Below, one piece after another: positions 8,986-18,244 of a stretch of 36,822 bases of DNA (its first letter is position 1; every line of letters begins with the position of its first letter). The DNA is from Porticoccaceae bacterium (GTDB lineage Bacteria > Pseudomonadota > Gammaproteobacteria > Pseudomonadales > Porticoccaceae), in assembly GCA_041635095.1 (NCBI GenBank), contig JBFJKD010000001.1, positions 1 through 36,822 of the forward strand, in the 5' to 3' direction. The position numbers and the translations under genes were made by a program. The notes under the pieces were generated by a model. The model was not told the origin of the DNA. It searched no databases and saw only the letters and a program-made list of their open reading frames with translations.

Positions 8986-10083
8986 ATGGATATTGGCGTT
9001 TTGATGTTGTTTCAAAATCACTCTAATCAACCGCTCGATGATTACCAGGTATACAAGCGCGAACTGGAGATCGCCGAATTGGCCGAGCCGTTGGGCTTTA
9101 ATTCGGTGTGGGCCGTTGAGCATCATTTTACCGACTATACCCTGTGCCCGAATCCGCTTGAAATGTTGTCTTACCTGGCGGGTAAAACCCGTACCATCAA
9201 ATTGGGCACCGGTGCGATCATCATTCCCTGGCACAAGGATCCGCTGCGCATCGCCACCGACGTGGCCATGCTGGATAACCTGTCGGATCGTCGCGTATTG
9301 CTGGGTATCGGACGGGGCATCGGCCGGGTGGAGTACGACGGTTTTGGCGTAAACATGAACGACTCCCGGGAACTCTTTGAAGAGTCGTCAGCCATGATTC
9401 TGGATATGCTGGAAACCGGACAGGCCAAAGCCCACACGGGCAAGCATTTTAGCCAGGTGGATCGGCCGATTCGCCCCGCTCCGCTGGGGTCCTATCTGGA
9501 TCGTACTTACGTCACTTGCCAGTCCCCGGAAACCGCACAATTTATCGCCGACTGGGGGCTGGGCATGATGGTGTTTGCGATTTCTCCCTGGAAGTCCCGC
9601 GCCAAGGACTGTCACATGTATCGCGCTGCCTTTCGCGAAAAACACCACCGCGAAGCGCCGCCTGTGATTGCCAATGTATTTGTGATGGTGGATGAAGACG
9701 GCGATCGCGCGCGGGAACTGGCGCAAAAATATATGGCGGATTACTGGCTGTCCGCGCTCGCCCATTACGAGATGGACGGGACGCACTTTAAAGGCGTGAA
9801 AGGCTACGAATTCTACGAAAAATCGGCGGGCATGATGCGCGACCGCAGCCCGGCATCTATGGAAAGCCTGTACGTTAACAACCAGATATTTGGTACGCCC
9901 CGTGACTGTATCGAACAAATGAACGAAATTCAGCGACTGGCTGGCCCGGTGACATTTAATGTGTCCTTTTCCTATGCAGGATTGCCCTACGATATCGCCA
10001 AACGTCAGATGCAATTGTTTGCACAGAAGTGTCTGCCGCAACTGCAAGCGACCACCGTGGGTAAGCTGGTGGCAGTTGCATAA
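8986..10083 (+). CDS. LLM-class flavin-dependent monooxygenase/oxidoreductase (second copy)
   Basis: The ORF track opens at 8914. The ATG at 8986 (MDIGVLMLFQNH...) has a GGGGAAA SD 7 nt upstream and matches the usual LLM N-terminus. The motif GFNSVWAVEHHFTDY is present. The product is about 365 aa. Confidence 0.85.
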   Translation: MDIGVLMLFQNHSNQPLDDYQVYKRELEIAELAEPLGFNSVWAVEHHFTDYTLCPNPLEMLSYLAGKTRTIKLGTGAIIIPWHKDPLRIATDVAMLDNLSDRRVLLGIGRGIGRVEYDGFGVNMNDSRELFEESSAMILDMLETGQAKAHTGKHFSQVDRPIRPAPLGSYLDRTYVTCQSPETAQFIADWGLGMMVFAISPWKSRAKDCHMYRAAFREKHHREAPPVIANVFVMVDEDGDRARELAQKYMADYWLSALAHYEMDGTHFKGVKGYEFYEKSAGMMRDRSPASMESLYVNNQIFGTPRDCIEQMNEIQRLAGPVTFNVSFSYAGLPYDIAKRQMQLFAQKCLPQLQATTVGKLVAVA

Positions 10084-10252
10084 TTTTTGCTGCGCAAGTG
10101 CGAGATACAGTTTTTGTCGCCCTGTCGCAGGATATGTGCCGCAAAACAGTGTAATAGCATCGCGACTTGATGAGCGCCACCTTGTCCTTAAATACTGCCG
10201 GCCACGAAGCGGTGGTCGCACACTGATAATCCATCGTCCACGGGGTACAAAT

Positions 10253-11032
10253 ATGGCACGTTTGAGTAAATTAAGTCGCTCGGTGGCGGGCAGTATCGTA
10301 CATATCACCGGCGCTGCCAGCGGTATGGGTCGGGCCACTGCTTTGCTGTTTGCGGACGAGGGTGCCAGGGTGGCGCTGAGCGATCGCGACGGTGCGGGGG
10401 TTCAGGCAGTTGCGGATGAGATTACCTCCGCAGGTGGTGAGGCTCGGGCCTGGCCGCTGGATGTGGGTGACGAACAGCAAATTAAGGCGGTGACCCACGC
10501 CATCGGCGAGCAATTTGGTGGGCTGGATATTCTGGTCAACAACGCGGGTATTAGCGTGCGGGTGGCCATTGACGATGAGGATTTCGAGCGTCACTGGGCG
10601 CTGGGCATGGAGGTGTTGTTAACCGCGCATATGCGACTGGTACGGGCATCCCTGCCCATGCTACGGTGCGCCGCCCACCCGCGAATTATCAATATTTCTT
10701 CAACGGAAGGTCTGGGTGCGACCCCGGGCGTCAGTACCTATACGGCTGCCAAACACGGCGTAATTGGACTCACGCGCGCGCTGGCGGTAGAGCTGGGCAA
10801 AGAGGGAATTACCGTAAATTGTGTGTGTCCGGGGCCTATTAACACGGCGCTGACCGCGCGAATTCCAGAACAGGACAAGGCCACGTTCGCGCGGCGACGC
10901 GCGGCGTTGCGGCGCTATGGCGAGCCGGAAGAAGTGGCCCACGCGACATTGAATTTCGCATTGCCGGCTGCGTCGTTTATTACAGGTACGGCCTTGCCGG
11001 TGGACGGTGGCGTAACTATTCGCAACGCATAG
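10253..11032 (+). CDS. SDR family oxidoreductase
   Basis: The ORF track extends upstream to 9959 and overlaps the LLM gene. The conserved SDR sequence begins at the ATG at 10253 (MARLSKLSRSVAGSIVHITGAASGMGRA). NNAG and YTAAK motifs are present. The product is about 259 aa. Confidence 0.88.
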   Translation: MARLSKLSRSVAGSIVHITGAASGMGRATALLFADEGARVALSDRDGAGVQAVADEITSAGGEARAWPLDVGDEQQIKAVTHAIGEQFGGLDILVNNAGISVRVAIDDEDFERHWALGMEVLLTAHMRLVRASLPMLRCAAHPRIINISSTEGLGATPGVSTYTAAKHGVIGLTRALAVELGKEGITVNCVCPGPINTALTARIPEQDKATFARRRAALRRYGEPEEVAHATLNFALPAASFITGTALPVDGGVTIRNA

Positions 11033-11077
11033 TCGCAAATATTGCGATATGGGTGATTACTGAAAACGAGGTGGGGG

Positions 11078-11929
11078 ATGCCCGACTGGCAGATCGGCGA
11101 TGTAAAAATCAGCAAGATAGTGGAGGAGGATGCTCCTGTTCCCGGTAAGTTTGTGCTGCCGGATGCCACCGCTGAGCGGCTGTTAGCGATACCCTGGCTG
11201 GCGCCCGATTTTATTACCGAACAGGGATGGTTGAATATGAGTATCCACGCACTGGTGGTAGAAAGCCGTGGTAAGCGTATTCTGGTAGATACCTGTCTTG
11301 GCAACGACAAGCAGCGCACCACGGCGGCGTGGGCCATGCGCAGCGGGCCTTTTTTACGGGATCTTGCCGCAGCCGGTTTTGCGCGGGAGACCATAGACTA
11401 TGTGGTTTGCACGCACTTACATGTGGACCATGTCGGCTGGAACACGATGTTGGTCGGCGGTCAGTGGGTGCCGACGTTTCCCAACGCGCGTTATTTGTTT
11501 GGCCGTGCCGAATGGGAGAGCTGGCGCGAGTCGCCGGGTGAAGTGCAGTTTGGCCCGGTCATTCAGGATTCAGTACAGCCAATTATTGATGCCGGTTTGG
11601 CCGATCTGGTAGAGAGCGATCACCAGCTTAACGAAGAAATCTGGTTTGAATCGACGCCGGGACACACTGCGGGTCATATTAGTGTGCATATTTCATCACA
11701 GGGGCAGGAGGCGGTGATTACCGGTGATATGACTCACCACCCGTGTCAGATGGCGCAACCGGACTGGTCCTGTTTCGCGGATTACGACGCACCTCAGGCG
11801 CGCCAGACGCGTTGGGATTTTTACGCCCGCTACGCGGATACATCAGTACTTATTATCGGTACGCATTTTTCTCCGCCGACGGCGGGGTATATTGTCGCCG
11901 ATGGCGATCGTTATCGACTGCGCTACTAA
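11078..11929 (+). CDS. MBL-fold metallo-hydrolase (lactonase-like)
   Basis: The 283-aa ORF has the HxHxDH zinc motif (CTHLHVDHVGW) and downstream His and Asp ligands (TPGHTAGH, TGDMTHH). Confidence 0.85.
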   Translation: MPDWQIGDVKISKIVEEDAPVPGKFVLPDATAERLLAIPWLAPDFITEQGWLNMSIHALVVESRGKRILVDTCLGNDKQRTTAAWAMRSGPFLRDLAAAGFARETIDYVVCTHLHVDHVGWNTMLVGGQWVPTFPNARYLFGRAEWESWRESPGEVQFGPVIQDSVQPIIDAGLADLVESDHQLNEEIWFESTPGHTAGHISVHISSQGQEAVITGDMTHHPCQMAQPDWSCFADYDAPQARQTRWDFYARYADTSVLIIGTHFSPPTAGYIVADGDRYRLRY

Positions 11930-11976
11930 CGTCTAGTGCACTAACCTCAAGTAAACTTCTGAACAGGAGAGAGTCC

Positions 11977-12594
11977 GTGCCACTGCCGTTCCCAGTCGCT
12001 CGCCAACATTTGCACAGCCGTCGAATTAATCTGGCGGGGTATTATCGGGACGATGGTTTGTGGGATATCGAGGCCCACATTGTGGATAGCAAAACCTATT
12101 CCTATCAGAATCGGTTGCGCGGTACGGTTGCCGCGGGACAGCCGGTGCACGATATGTCCCTGCGCCTGACCCTGGATCGCCATCTGGTGATTCGCGATGT
12201 TGCCGTTGGGATGGATGCCCGGCCCTATGCAACCTGTTCCGAGGTGTTACCTAATTTTCGGCGACTCATCGGTTTACAGATTGGTAAGGGCTGGAGTCGC
12301 AAGGTTCGTGCTGCGGTGGGCGGTGTCGAGGGTTGTACCCATATCATGGAACTACTGCATCCGATTGCCACCGTCACTTTTCAAACCATGGCGTCCGATT
12401 ATGCGCAGCAGTTAATGGGCGATGTCGCGCCAGCTTCAGGCGAAGCCCCGGAGCAACAAGCCGATTCCATACCCTTTATGCTTGACGGTTGTTATAGTTG
12501 GGCCCGTAGCGGCGCGGTTGTTAAGGAGGAATACCCGCAGTATTACCAGCCTGAAACAGCTATTCTAGTGACAGACCGCGACCGCAAAGATTGA
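11977..12594 (+). CDS. DUF2889-family protein (function unknown)
   Basis: The in-frame GTG at 11977 follows an AGGAGAGAG SD. The upstream part of ORF 11743 overlaps the MBL gene and is spurious. GLWDIEAHIVDSKTY ... GVEGCTHIMELLHPIATVTFQTM matches my recollection of DUF2889 proteins. The product is about 205 aa. Confidence 0.7.
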   Translation: MPLPFPVARQHLHSRRINLAGYYRDDGLWDIEAHIVDSKTYSYQNRLRGTVAAGQPVHDMSLRLTLDRHLVIRDVAVGMDARPYATCSEVLPNFRRLIGLQIGKGWSRKVRAAVGGVEGCTHIMELLHPIATVTFQTMASDYAQQLMGDVAPASGEAPEQQADSIPFMLDGCYSWARSGAVVKEEYPQYYQPETAILVTDRDRKD

Positions 12595-12669
12595 GTTTTA
12601 GTCGGCAAGGATCTAGCACACCGACGAGAGTTCGCGGGACGCAGATTAGCCAGTAATCAGAGACACAGC

Positions 12670-13689
12670 ATGGCAGAACAGATTGGCGTCAAGCAGTTCG
12701 GACGCGTGGTACGGATTCCCACCGCCACGGGTTTTGGCGTGGGCGATATCAATAGTTACGTGATTTTGCCGGAAAAAAATTCGCGTCAGCTGGTGCTGAT
12801 CGATACGGGTATCGGTTCGGAGGAGGCGTGGCAAACATTAGCTGCGGGCTTGAGCGACTTCGGCTTTGGCATCGAAGATATTACCCTGCTGTTACTCACC
12901 CACGGGCATACGGATCACTATGGTCAGGCTGGACGCATTCGCGCGGTGTCCGGGTGCCAGGTATGGGCCCACGAGGCGATTAACCTGACTCTCGGTCGCT
13001 ATGTGCCGAGCGCGGAACGGGAAGCGGAGGAACGATATTTTCTCGGAACCCTCGGGTTTACGCCGGAGGATTACGATCGGGCCTATAGCTACCGGGACTA
13101 TATTCAAAAGCTAATGACCCCTTGCGAGTTCGACCACCTGTTGTGTGACGGCGAGACGGTGCCGATAGAAGGGTTTGACCTTACGGCGGTGCATACCCCG
13201 GGCCATTGTCCCGAGGAACTGATTTTTTGGCAGGAACAGACACGGCAAATGTTTTCTGGCGACCATCTGTTACCGGACATCACGCCAGTATGTCTGCTGG
13301 ATATCCCAGCGTCGTCCGGAATGACGCGCACCCGCACTCTGATTCAGTATTATCAGTCGGCAGATAAAATCAAACCGTATGCGGCAAAATCGATTTACCC
13401 CAGCCACGGGGATGTCTTTCACGACCATCTGGAGCTGATCGCCTCCTACCGCTTGTCCACCGAAAGGCGATTATTGAAGATCTCCCGCATTTTGAGCGAG
13501 CATGGCGCGATGACGCCGCTGGAGGTGGGCAAAAAACTCTTCCCCAAAGTGTGGCAGGATCAGTTGTATCCGGTTATATCAGAGATTATGGGGCACCTGG
13601 ATATGCTGGAAGAAGGTGGTCATGTGGCCTGGGAGGAACAGGGCGGGCGACTGCATTATACGCTGACATCGATTCCCGAGCCGGTGTAG
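12670..13689 (+). CDS. MBL-fold metallo-hydrolase with C-terminal winged-helix-like extension
   Basis: The 339-aa ORF has the HxHxDH motif (LLLLTHGHTDHYGQ), and later HTPGH and SGDH. The C-terminal ~80 aa (GAMTPLEVGKKLF...HLDMLEEGGHV) resemble the beta-lactamase-associated winged-helix domain. Confidence 0.85.
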   Translation: MAEQIGVKQFGRVVRIPTATGFGVGDINSYVILPEKNSRQLVLIDTGIGSEEAWQTLAAGLSDFGFGIEDITLLLLTHGHTDHYGQAGRIRAVSGCQVWAHEAINLTLGRYVPSAEREAEERYFLGTLGFTPEDYDRAYSYRDYIQKLMTPCEFDHLLCDGETVPIEGFDLTAVHTPGHCPEELIFWQEQTRQMFSGDHLLPDITPVCLLDIPASSGMTRTRTLIQYYQSADKIKPYAAKSIYPSHGDVFHDHLELIASYRLSTERRLLKISRILSEHGAMTPLEVGKKLFPKVWQDQLYPVISEIMGHLDMLEEGGHVAWEEQGGRLHYTLTSIPEPV

Positions 13690-13749
13690 CAAGTAAACCC
13701 GAGTTCAAGGTTGTGCACTAGCGCGGCATACAATTCAGGAGTTGAGACT

Positions 13750-13971
13750 ATGCTGTTATCCAAGGCCAATGAGCTGATTGGTACCTCCTCGGTTTCGTTT
13801 GAAGATGCCATTGCGAGTGTTCTCAAGCGTGCCAATAAAACCCTGCGTGGCGTGCGCGGCGTCGAAGTGCTGAGTAAATCTGTCGGTTTTTCGATACAGG
13901 GCGAGATTCAATATCGGGCCCGGGTACAATTGCGTTTTGCCATGGCATTGCCGGAAAAGCTGCATTGGTAG
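13750..13971 (+). CDS. dodecin-family small protein (paralog 1)
   Basis: The ATG at 13750 follows a CAGGAG SD. The 73-aa product has a dodecin-like layout (ELIGTSSVSFEDAIASVLKRANKTLRGVRGVEV...RARVQLRF). Confidence 0.75.
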   Translation: MLLSKANELIGTSSVSFEDAIASVLKRANKTLRGVRGVEVLSKSVGFSIQGEIQYRARVQLRFAMALPEKLHW

Positions 13972-13979
13972 TCGCGCGC

Positions 13980-14033
13980 AATGTTTTGGGGCGAAATATT
14001 GTTTTGGGGCGAGATATTTTTTTGGATCGATGG
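13980..14033. repeat. 18-bp tandem repeat, about 3 copies (AATGTTTTGGGGCGAAAT / ATTGTTTTGGGGCGAGAT / degenerate third copy)
   Basis: Read directly from the sequence. Copies lie at 13980-13997, 13998-14015 and 14016-14033. The third copy matches about 12 of 18 positions. The array sits between the two dodecin genes. Confidence 0.8.
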
Positions 14034-14123
14034 CTGTTGAATGGGTAAAACGCGGCTATCGTAGTAGAGCAGTAGATGAGTTGGCCGGGGATTTACAGGG
14101 TTTTTTATGTGTGGAGCAATATC

Positions 14124-14327
14124 ATGACTGTTTCCAGCGTATCAACGATCACCGCAACGTCGCCAAAAAGTTGGCAGGACGCTTTAGAAAAAGGCGTGCG
14201 GCGGGCCAGCCAGACCTTGCGTGGCATTGAGGCGGTAGAGGTAGTGCAGGAAAGCGCTACGGTTGAAAAAGGCGAAATTAAAGATTACGTAGTGGAGTTG
14301 AAAATAATTTTCCGCCTCGAGGACTGA
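14124..14327 (+). CDS. dodecin-family small protein (paralog 2)
   Basis: The ATG at 14124 follows a GTGGAG SD. The 67-aa product (ITATSPKSWQDALEKGVRRASQTLRGIEAVEVV...ELKIIFRLED) ends in the characteristic F-R-L-E-D. Confidence 0.8.
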   Translation: MTVSSVSTITATSPKSWQDALEKGVRRASQTLRGIEAVEVVQESATVEKGEIKDYVVELKIIFRLED

Positions 14328-14529
14328 AGGTAAAGAAATTCCGTGGACGTAATAACTTGCTGCGGTGTTGATGCCAGGCGCTTTTTGACGTTGTCATCAA
14401 TTGCGCCAGAGGCCTGTCAGGCGCTGAAAGCCAGGCCGCTAAGATCCGCCAAACGCCATAGCAATCCGTAAATAAATAGCATTCTGGCAACGCCAGCAAA
14501 GTTATTCCGCGGGGGTAGCTCAATAATCA

Positions 14530-15819
14530 TTGGAGAGTTTTTTGTCAGGTAATTTTTTTCGCCAGCCCGGTATGCACATAGTCGCGGCGTTGTTTGTTTG
14601 CCTCGGATTGTTGTATGGCATCTGGTATTCCTACGCCGTTTTTCTGGTCGCACTGATTGAAGAATTTGGTTGGTCGCGCTCGGTGACGGCCGGCGCCATG
14701 TCGGTGTTTATCCTTGTCCACGGATTTTTCGGCCCAGTAGCGGGGCGCCTGGTGGAGCGGTTTGGCGCGCGGCGTCTGATTGTGGCTGGCGCACTGCTTA
14801 TGACCGTGGGCCTGGTTATAACGTCGCAGATTACTAACTGGTGGCAGCTGTATCTCGGTTTCGGTGTGATTACTGCAATTGGTCTGGGCGCCTGTGGCTG
14901 GGTGCCGACCGTGGTGTTGATGGGTAAATGGTTTCCACACAAAATTGGTTCCGCGCTCGGCATTGTTACCGCCGGTATCGGTGTTGGTATTCTCGGGCTG
15001 GTGCCGCTGGTTAACCTGTTAATCGAAACTTACGGTTGGCGCGTGGCCTTTCTGGTACTGGCGTTACTGGTGCTGGTGGTGGTTACACCAATTGCGGTGT
15101 ACGTGTTACACGATCCCCGCGTACTACCGAGTAAGAATCAGGCGGGGGAGAGCACGGCACCGAAGGCTGATTCGAGCACCACAGACGTCACAGCCAATGA
15201 CTGGACAGTAAGCAGTGCAGTGCGTTCGCGGGGATTTAGATTTGTGGCACTGGCGTTTTTTACCGGGGCGACCATATCGCAAATGTTGCTGATGCATCAG
15301 TTTGCTTTTATGGTGGATCAGAGCGTCGATAAAATGCTGGCGTCCATGATTGGCGGTCTGATCGGTTTTGTTAGTGTGCCGGCAAAAATTATATGGGGGA
15401 CGCTGTCCGATCGCCTGGGACGGGAACCCACCTATACGCTCGGTTTGGCCTGTGTGTTTTTATCGGTCGTGGCGCTGACGTTGGTGGCCTGGGTGCCGGG
15501 GTTGTGGATGCCCCTGGTGTTTGCTGTTTTGGTTGGGTTGGGTTACTCGGTGCATGCACCACTGATTCCGGCGGTCGCGCGGGATATGTTTGCGGGCCCG
15601 CGTTTTCCGACCATATTTGGCACCATTTCGGTATTTTCTTCCCTCGGCGGTGCGACTGGCGCCTGGTTGGGTGGCGCGTTACACGATTTGTTTGGTAACT
15701 ACGCGCCGATGCTGGTGCTGGCTGCCAGTTTGGCTGTAATCGCGCCCTGGTTACTGTGGATAGCGGCACCCCGACGACCGGAGCGACCCCCGGCTGCGGT
15801 TGTGCCCGAGCCACTCTGA
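14530..15819 (+). CDS. MFS transporter (12-TM, oxalate/formate-antiporter-like subfamily)
   Basis: The 429-aa hydrophobic ORF has two six-helix halves separated by a polar loop (PSKNQAGESTAPKADSSTTD). The start is uncertain: either TTG at 14530 or ATG at 14572, and neither has a strong SD. Confidence 0.85.
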   Translation: MESFLSGNFFRQPGMHIVAALFVCLGLLYGIWYSYAVFLVALIEEFGWSRSVTAGAMSVFILVHGFFGPVAGRLVERFGARRLIVAGALLMTVGLVITSQITNWWQLYLGFGVITAIGLGACGWVPTVVLMGKWFPHKIGSALGIVTAGIGVGILGLVPLVNLLIETYGWRVAFLVLALLVLVVVTPIAVYVLHDPRVLPSKNQAGESTAPKADSSTTDVTANDWTVSSAVRSRGFRFVALAFFTGATISQMLLMHQFAFMVDQSVDKMLASMIGGLIGFVSVPAKIIWGTLSDRLGREPTYTLGLACVFLSVVALTLVAWVPGLWMPLVFAVLVGLGYSVHAPLIPAVARDMFAGPRFPTIFGTISVFSSLGGATGAWLGGALHDLFGNYAPMLVLAASLAVIAPWLLWIAAPRRPERPPAAVVPEPL

Positions 15820-15876
15820 ACGGGCGCGCCCAACGATAAATTTAAAATTCACAGAACGACAACAGGGGGATTTATT

Positions 15877-16731
15877 GTGCAAGACGTTAAACAAAAAGTC
15901 GCGTTTATTACCGGGGCAGCCAGTGGTATGGGTCTGGGTATGGCCCGGGCGTTCTCCGCCGCTGGCGCCAGGGTGATGCTGGCAGATATTGAGCAGGGCC
16001 CGTTGACCAAGGTGGTCAATGAGTTACAGGCGCTCGGTCGGGATGTGGACGGCATCACCGTGGACGTGACCAATCGCGAGGCAATGCTTGCGGCAGCGCA
16101 GGCCACCGTCGCCCGATTTGGTGCAGTACATATCCTGTGTAACAACGCGGGCGTGGGTGCCAGTGGGCGCAGCGAAGCGACCAGTATAAAAAACTGGCGC
16201 TGGACCGTTGACGTCAACATGTGGGGTGTAGTGTATGGGCTACAGGCGTTTTTGCCACTCATGGACGCCCATGGGGAAAGTGGACATGTGGTTAACACAG
16301 CCTCCATGGCAGGTCTGTTTTGCTGGCCGGAACTGGGTGCCTACAATGCGTCGAAATACGCGGTGGTTGCGATAACCGAAACTCTGATGGCGGAACGTCG
16401 GGACAGCAACATCGGTGTCTCGGTGCTGTGCCCTGGCGTGGTGGCTACTAACCTGGCGACTTCGGCACGCAATCGGCCTGTCGAGTACGGTGGCGCTACG
16501 GACTCCAGGTCCGAAGAGATGGTTGAGATGCTGGCCAGAGGGATTGATCCCAATATCGTGGGGCAGGAAGTGCTGGAGGCAATCTTGGCTAACCAACCCT
16601 ATATCTTTACCGATCCGGGGATGCGTCGCTACGTCGACGAAAGATTCGCACGTATTCGCGCCGGGTATGATTGGGCCGATAACTGCGAGGCGCTGCGCGA
16701 GGCCGGTGCTCAGGCGGATGTGACGCTGTAG
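15877..16731 (+). CDS. SDR family oxidoreductase
   Basis: The 284-aa ORF has a GTG start 8 nt after AGGGGGA. TGAASGMG, NNAG and YNASK motifs are present. Confidence 0.88.
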   Translation: MQDVKQKVAFITGAASGMGLGMARAFSAAGARVMLADIEQGPLTKVVNELQALGRDVDGITVDVTNREAMLAAAQATVARFGAVHILCNNAGVGASGRSEATSIKNWRWTVDVNMWGVVYGLQAFLPLMDAHGESGHVVNTASMAGLFCWPELGAYNASKYAVVAITETLMAERRDSNIGVSVLCPGVVATNLATSARNRPVEYGGATDSRSEEMVEMLARGIDPNIVGQEVLEAILANQPYIFTDPGMRRYVDERFARIRAGYDWADNCEALREAGAQADVTL

Positions 16732-16875
16732 ATGCGGTGTCGCGGTGTGGCCGTGGGGTAGTAAATTCAGGCAAATAATTGCTCTGGGAAGGATCGGGTT
16801 TGATAGCACCTGTGTTCGCCCACGGCACGGTCTCAAGCGGTGTAAAGTTAACGTTTGGTAACATAAAAATCCCAT

Positions 16876-16904
16876 TGGTAGTATTATATTCTATATGGTA
16901 GTAT
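16876..16904. promoter_or_regulatory. Direct repeat TGGTAGTAT x2, 20 bp apart (candidate operator or promoter element)
   Basis: TGGTAGTAT occurs at 16876-16884 and 16896-16904 in an AT-rich patch about 130 nt upstream of the amidohydrolase start. Confidence 0.3.
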
Positions 16905-17033
16905 CCGGTTAGAAGTCGAGTTCTCCCTGCGTCGGCCACCCACGCTGAGAGATAGACGCGGAGAGAAAAACGCAAAAAGAAAATCCCGCACGCCCATTTT
17001 TGTGTACTGCTGGCAAACTACAGGAGCAAGACC

Positions 17034-18179
17034 ATGAGTCTGGATTTTGGATGTATTTCCGCCGATTCCCATATCGTTGAGCCGGGTAATTGTTACAGTG
17101 ATTTTATCGACCCTAAATATCGGGACCGTGCGCCAGGCATTCAAACGGACGCCGCCGGCAACGACATTTATGTGATTCCCGGCATGACGTCCACGATTCC
17201 CCTGGGGTTGGTGGCGGCGGCCGGATTGAATGCCGAGCAATTGGCGGGGCGCACCCAAAACGCCAAGTTCAGCGATCTGCATCGCAGTGGATGGGACGCC
17301 AAATATCGCGTGGCAGATCAGGATCGAGACGGTATCGCCGCGGAAATTCTCTACCCCTCTGTCGGCATGGCGCTGTGTAATCACCCCGATTTTGCGTATA
17401 AAACCGCGTGTTTTCGCGCCTATAACGAGTGGTTAGCGCGCTATGTCGCGGATGCACCGGAAGGTCGTTTATTTGGCCTTGGACAAACATCCTGCGAATC
17501 CGTGGATTCCGCCATAAAAGATCTCGAGGACGCCAAAACCAAGGGCTTCGTCGGTATTATGATGCCGGGTAATCCTCAGCAAGAAGACTACGATCACCCC
17601 ATGTACGACGCGCTGTGGGAGTGCGCGGTGGAGCTGAATCTGCCTCTGTCGTTTCACATTCTGACCGCCAAAGGCGCAGACGTGAATTCCATTTTCACCA
17701 ATGCTCGTGGCAGCAAGATCAATGGTTTCATGAATATTATCCGCGGCGTACAGGACGTGATTGGCCTGTTCACGCTGGGTGGTGTGTTTCAGCGACACCC
17801 GAAATTAAAATTTATTGCCGCCGAGGCCGATGCCGGCTGGTTGCCTCACTACGCCTATCGCATGGACCACGCTTACGAGCGTCACGGGCTGTGGCTGGGC
17901 GGGGCTAAAAACCTCGATAAAAAACCCAGCGAATACATCAGCGATCATGTGTGGTTGACGTTTCAGGACGACTGGGTTGCGTTTAATGTCGCCAATTTGA
18001 TGAACCCCAGAAAGCTCGTTTGGGCTAATGAGTTTCCGCACAGCGATTCTACCTGGCCCTGGTCTCAGGAGTTGTTGGTGCAACACGGCGGTGGTTTGAC
18101 GTCGGAACAGACGCGCTGGATTATGCGCGACAATATTATCGAATGTTACGATTTGCCCCTGGATAAACTGGCGGCATAG
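17034..18179 (+). CDS. amidohydrolase_2-family metal-dependent hydrolase/decarboxylase (ACMSD-like fold)
   Basis: The 381-aa ORF has an AGGAG SD. It has the N-terminal metal motif ISADSHIVEP, an internal His (SFHIL) and a late Asp/His region (ANEFPHSDS), as is typical of PF04909-type proteins. Confidence 0.8.
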   Translation: MSLDFGCISADSHIVEPGNCYSDFIDPKYRDRAPGIQTDAAGNDIYVIPGMTSTIPLGLVAAAGLNAEQLAGRTQNAKFSDLHRSGWDAKYRVADQDRDGIAAEILYPSVGMALCNHPDFAYKTACFRAYNEWLARYVADAPEGRLFGLGQTSCESVDSAIKDLEDAKTKGFVGIMMPGNPQQEDYDHPMYDALWECAVELNLPLSFHILTAKGADVNSIFTNARGSKINGFMNIIRGVQDVIGLFTLGGVFQRHPKLKFIAAEADAGWLPHYAYRMDHAYERHGLWLGGAKNLDKKPSEYISDHVWLTFQDDWVAFNVANLMNPRKLVWANEFPHSDSTWPWSQELLVQHGGGLTSEQTRWIMRDNIIECYDLPLDKLAA

Positions 18180-18244
18180 ACTGTTTTTTTCCAGAGCGCG
18201 GGGAATGTAGCCGGAGGTTGTACGCTGGCGGAGGTTACGGGGCA

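Noticed and set aside
9388-10338. 316-aa minus-strand ORF antisense to the second LLM gene and the SDR start
   Set aside because: The reasoning is the same. It is a shadow ORF spanning two well-supported plus-strand genes.
13980-14033. Short tandem repeats considered as possible CRISPR arrays
   Set aside because: The units are 12-23 bp and directly abutting with no spacers. Each array has at most four copies, and there are no cas genes. These are simple tandem duplications.
14476-14500. Possible sigma-54 promoter (CTGGCAACGCCAGCAA) upstream of the MFS gene
   Set aside because: The GG-to-GC spacing is 8 nt rather than the required 10, and the -12 element does not match TTGC.
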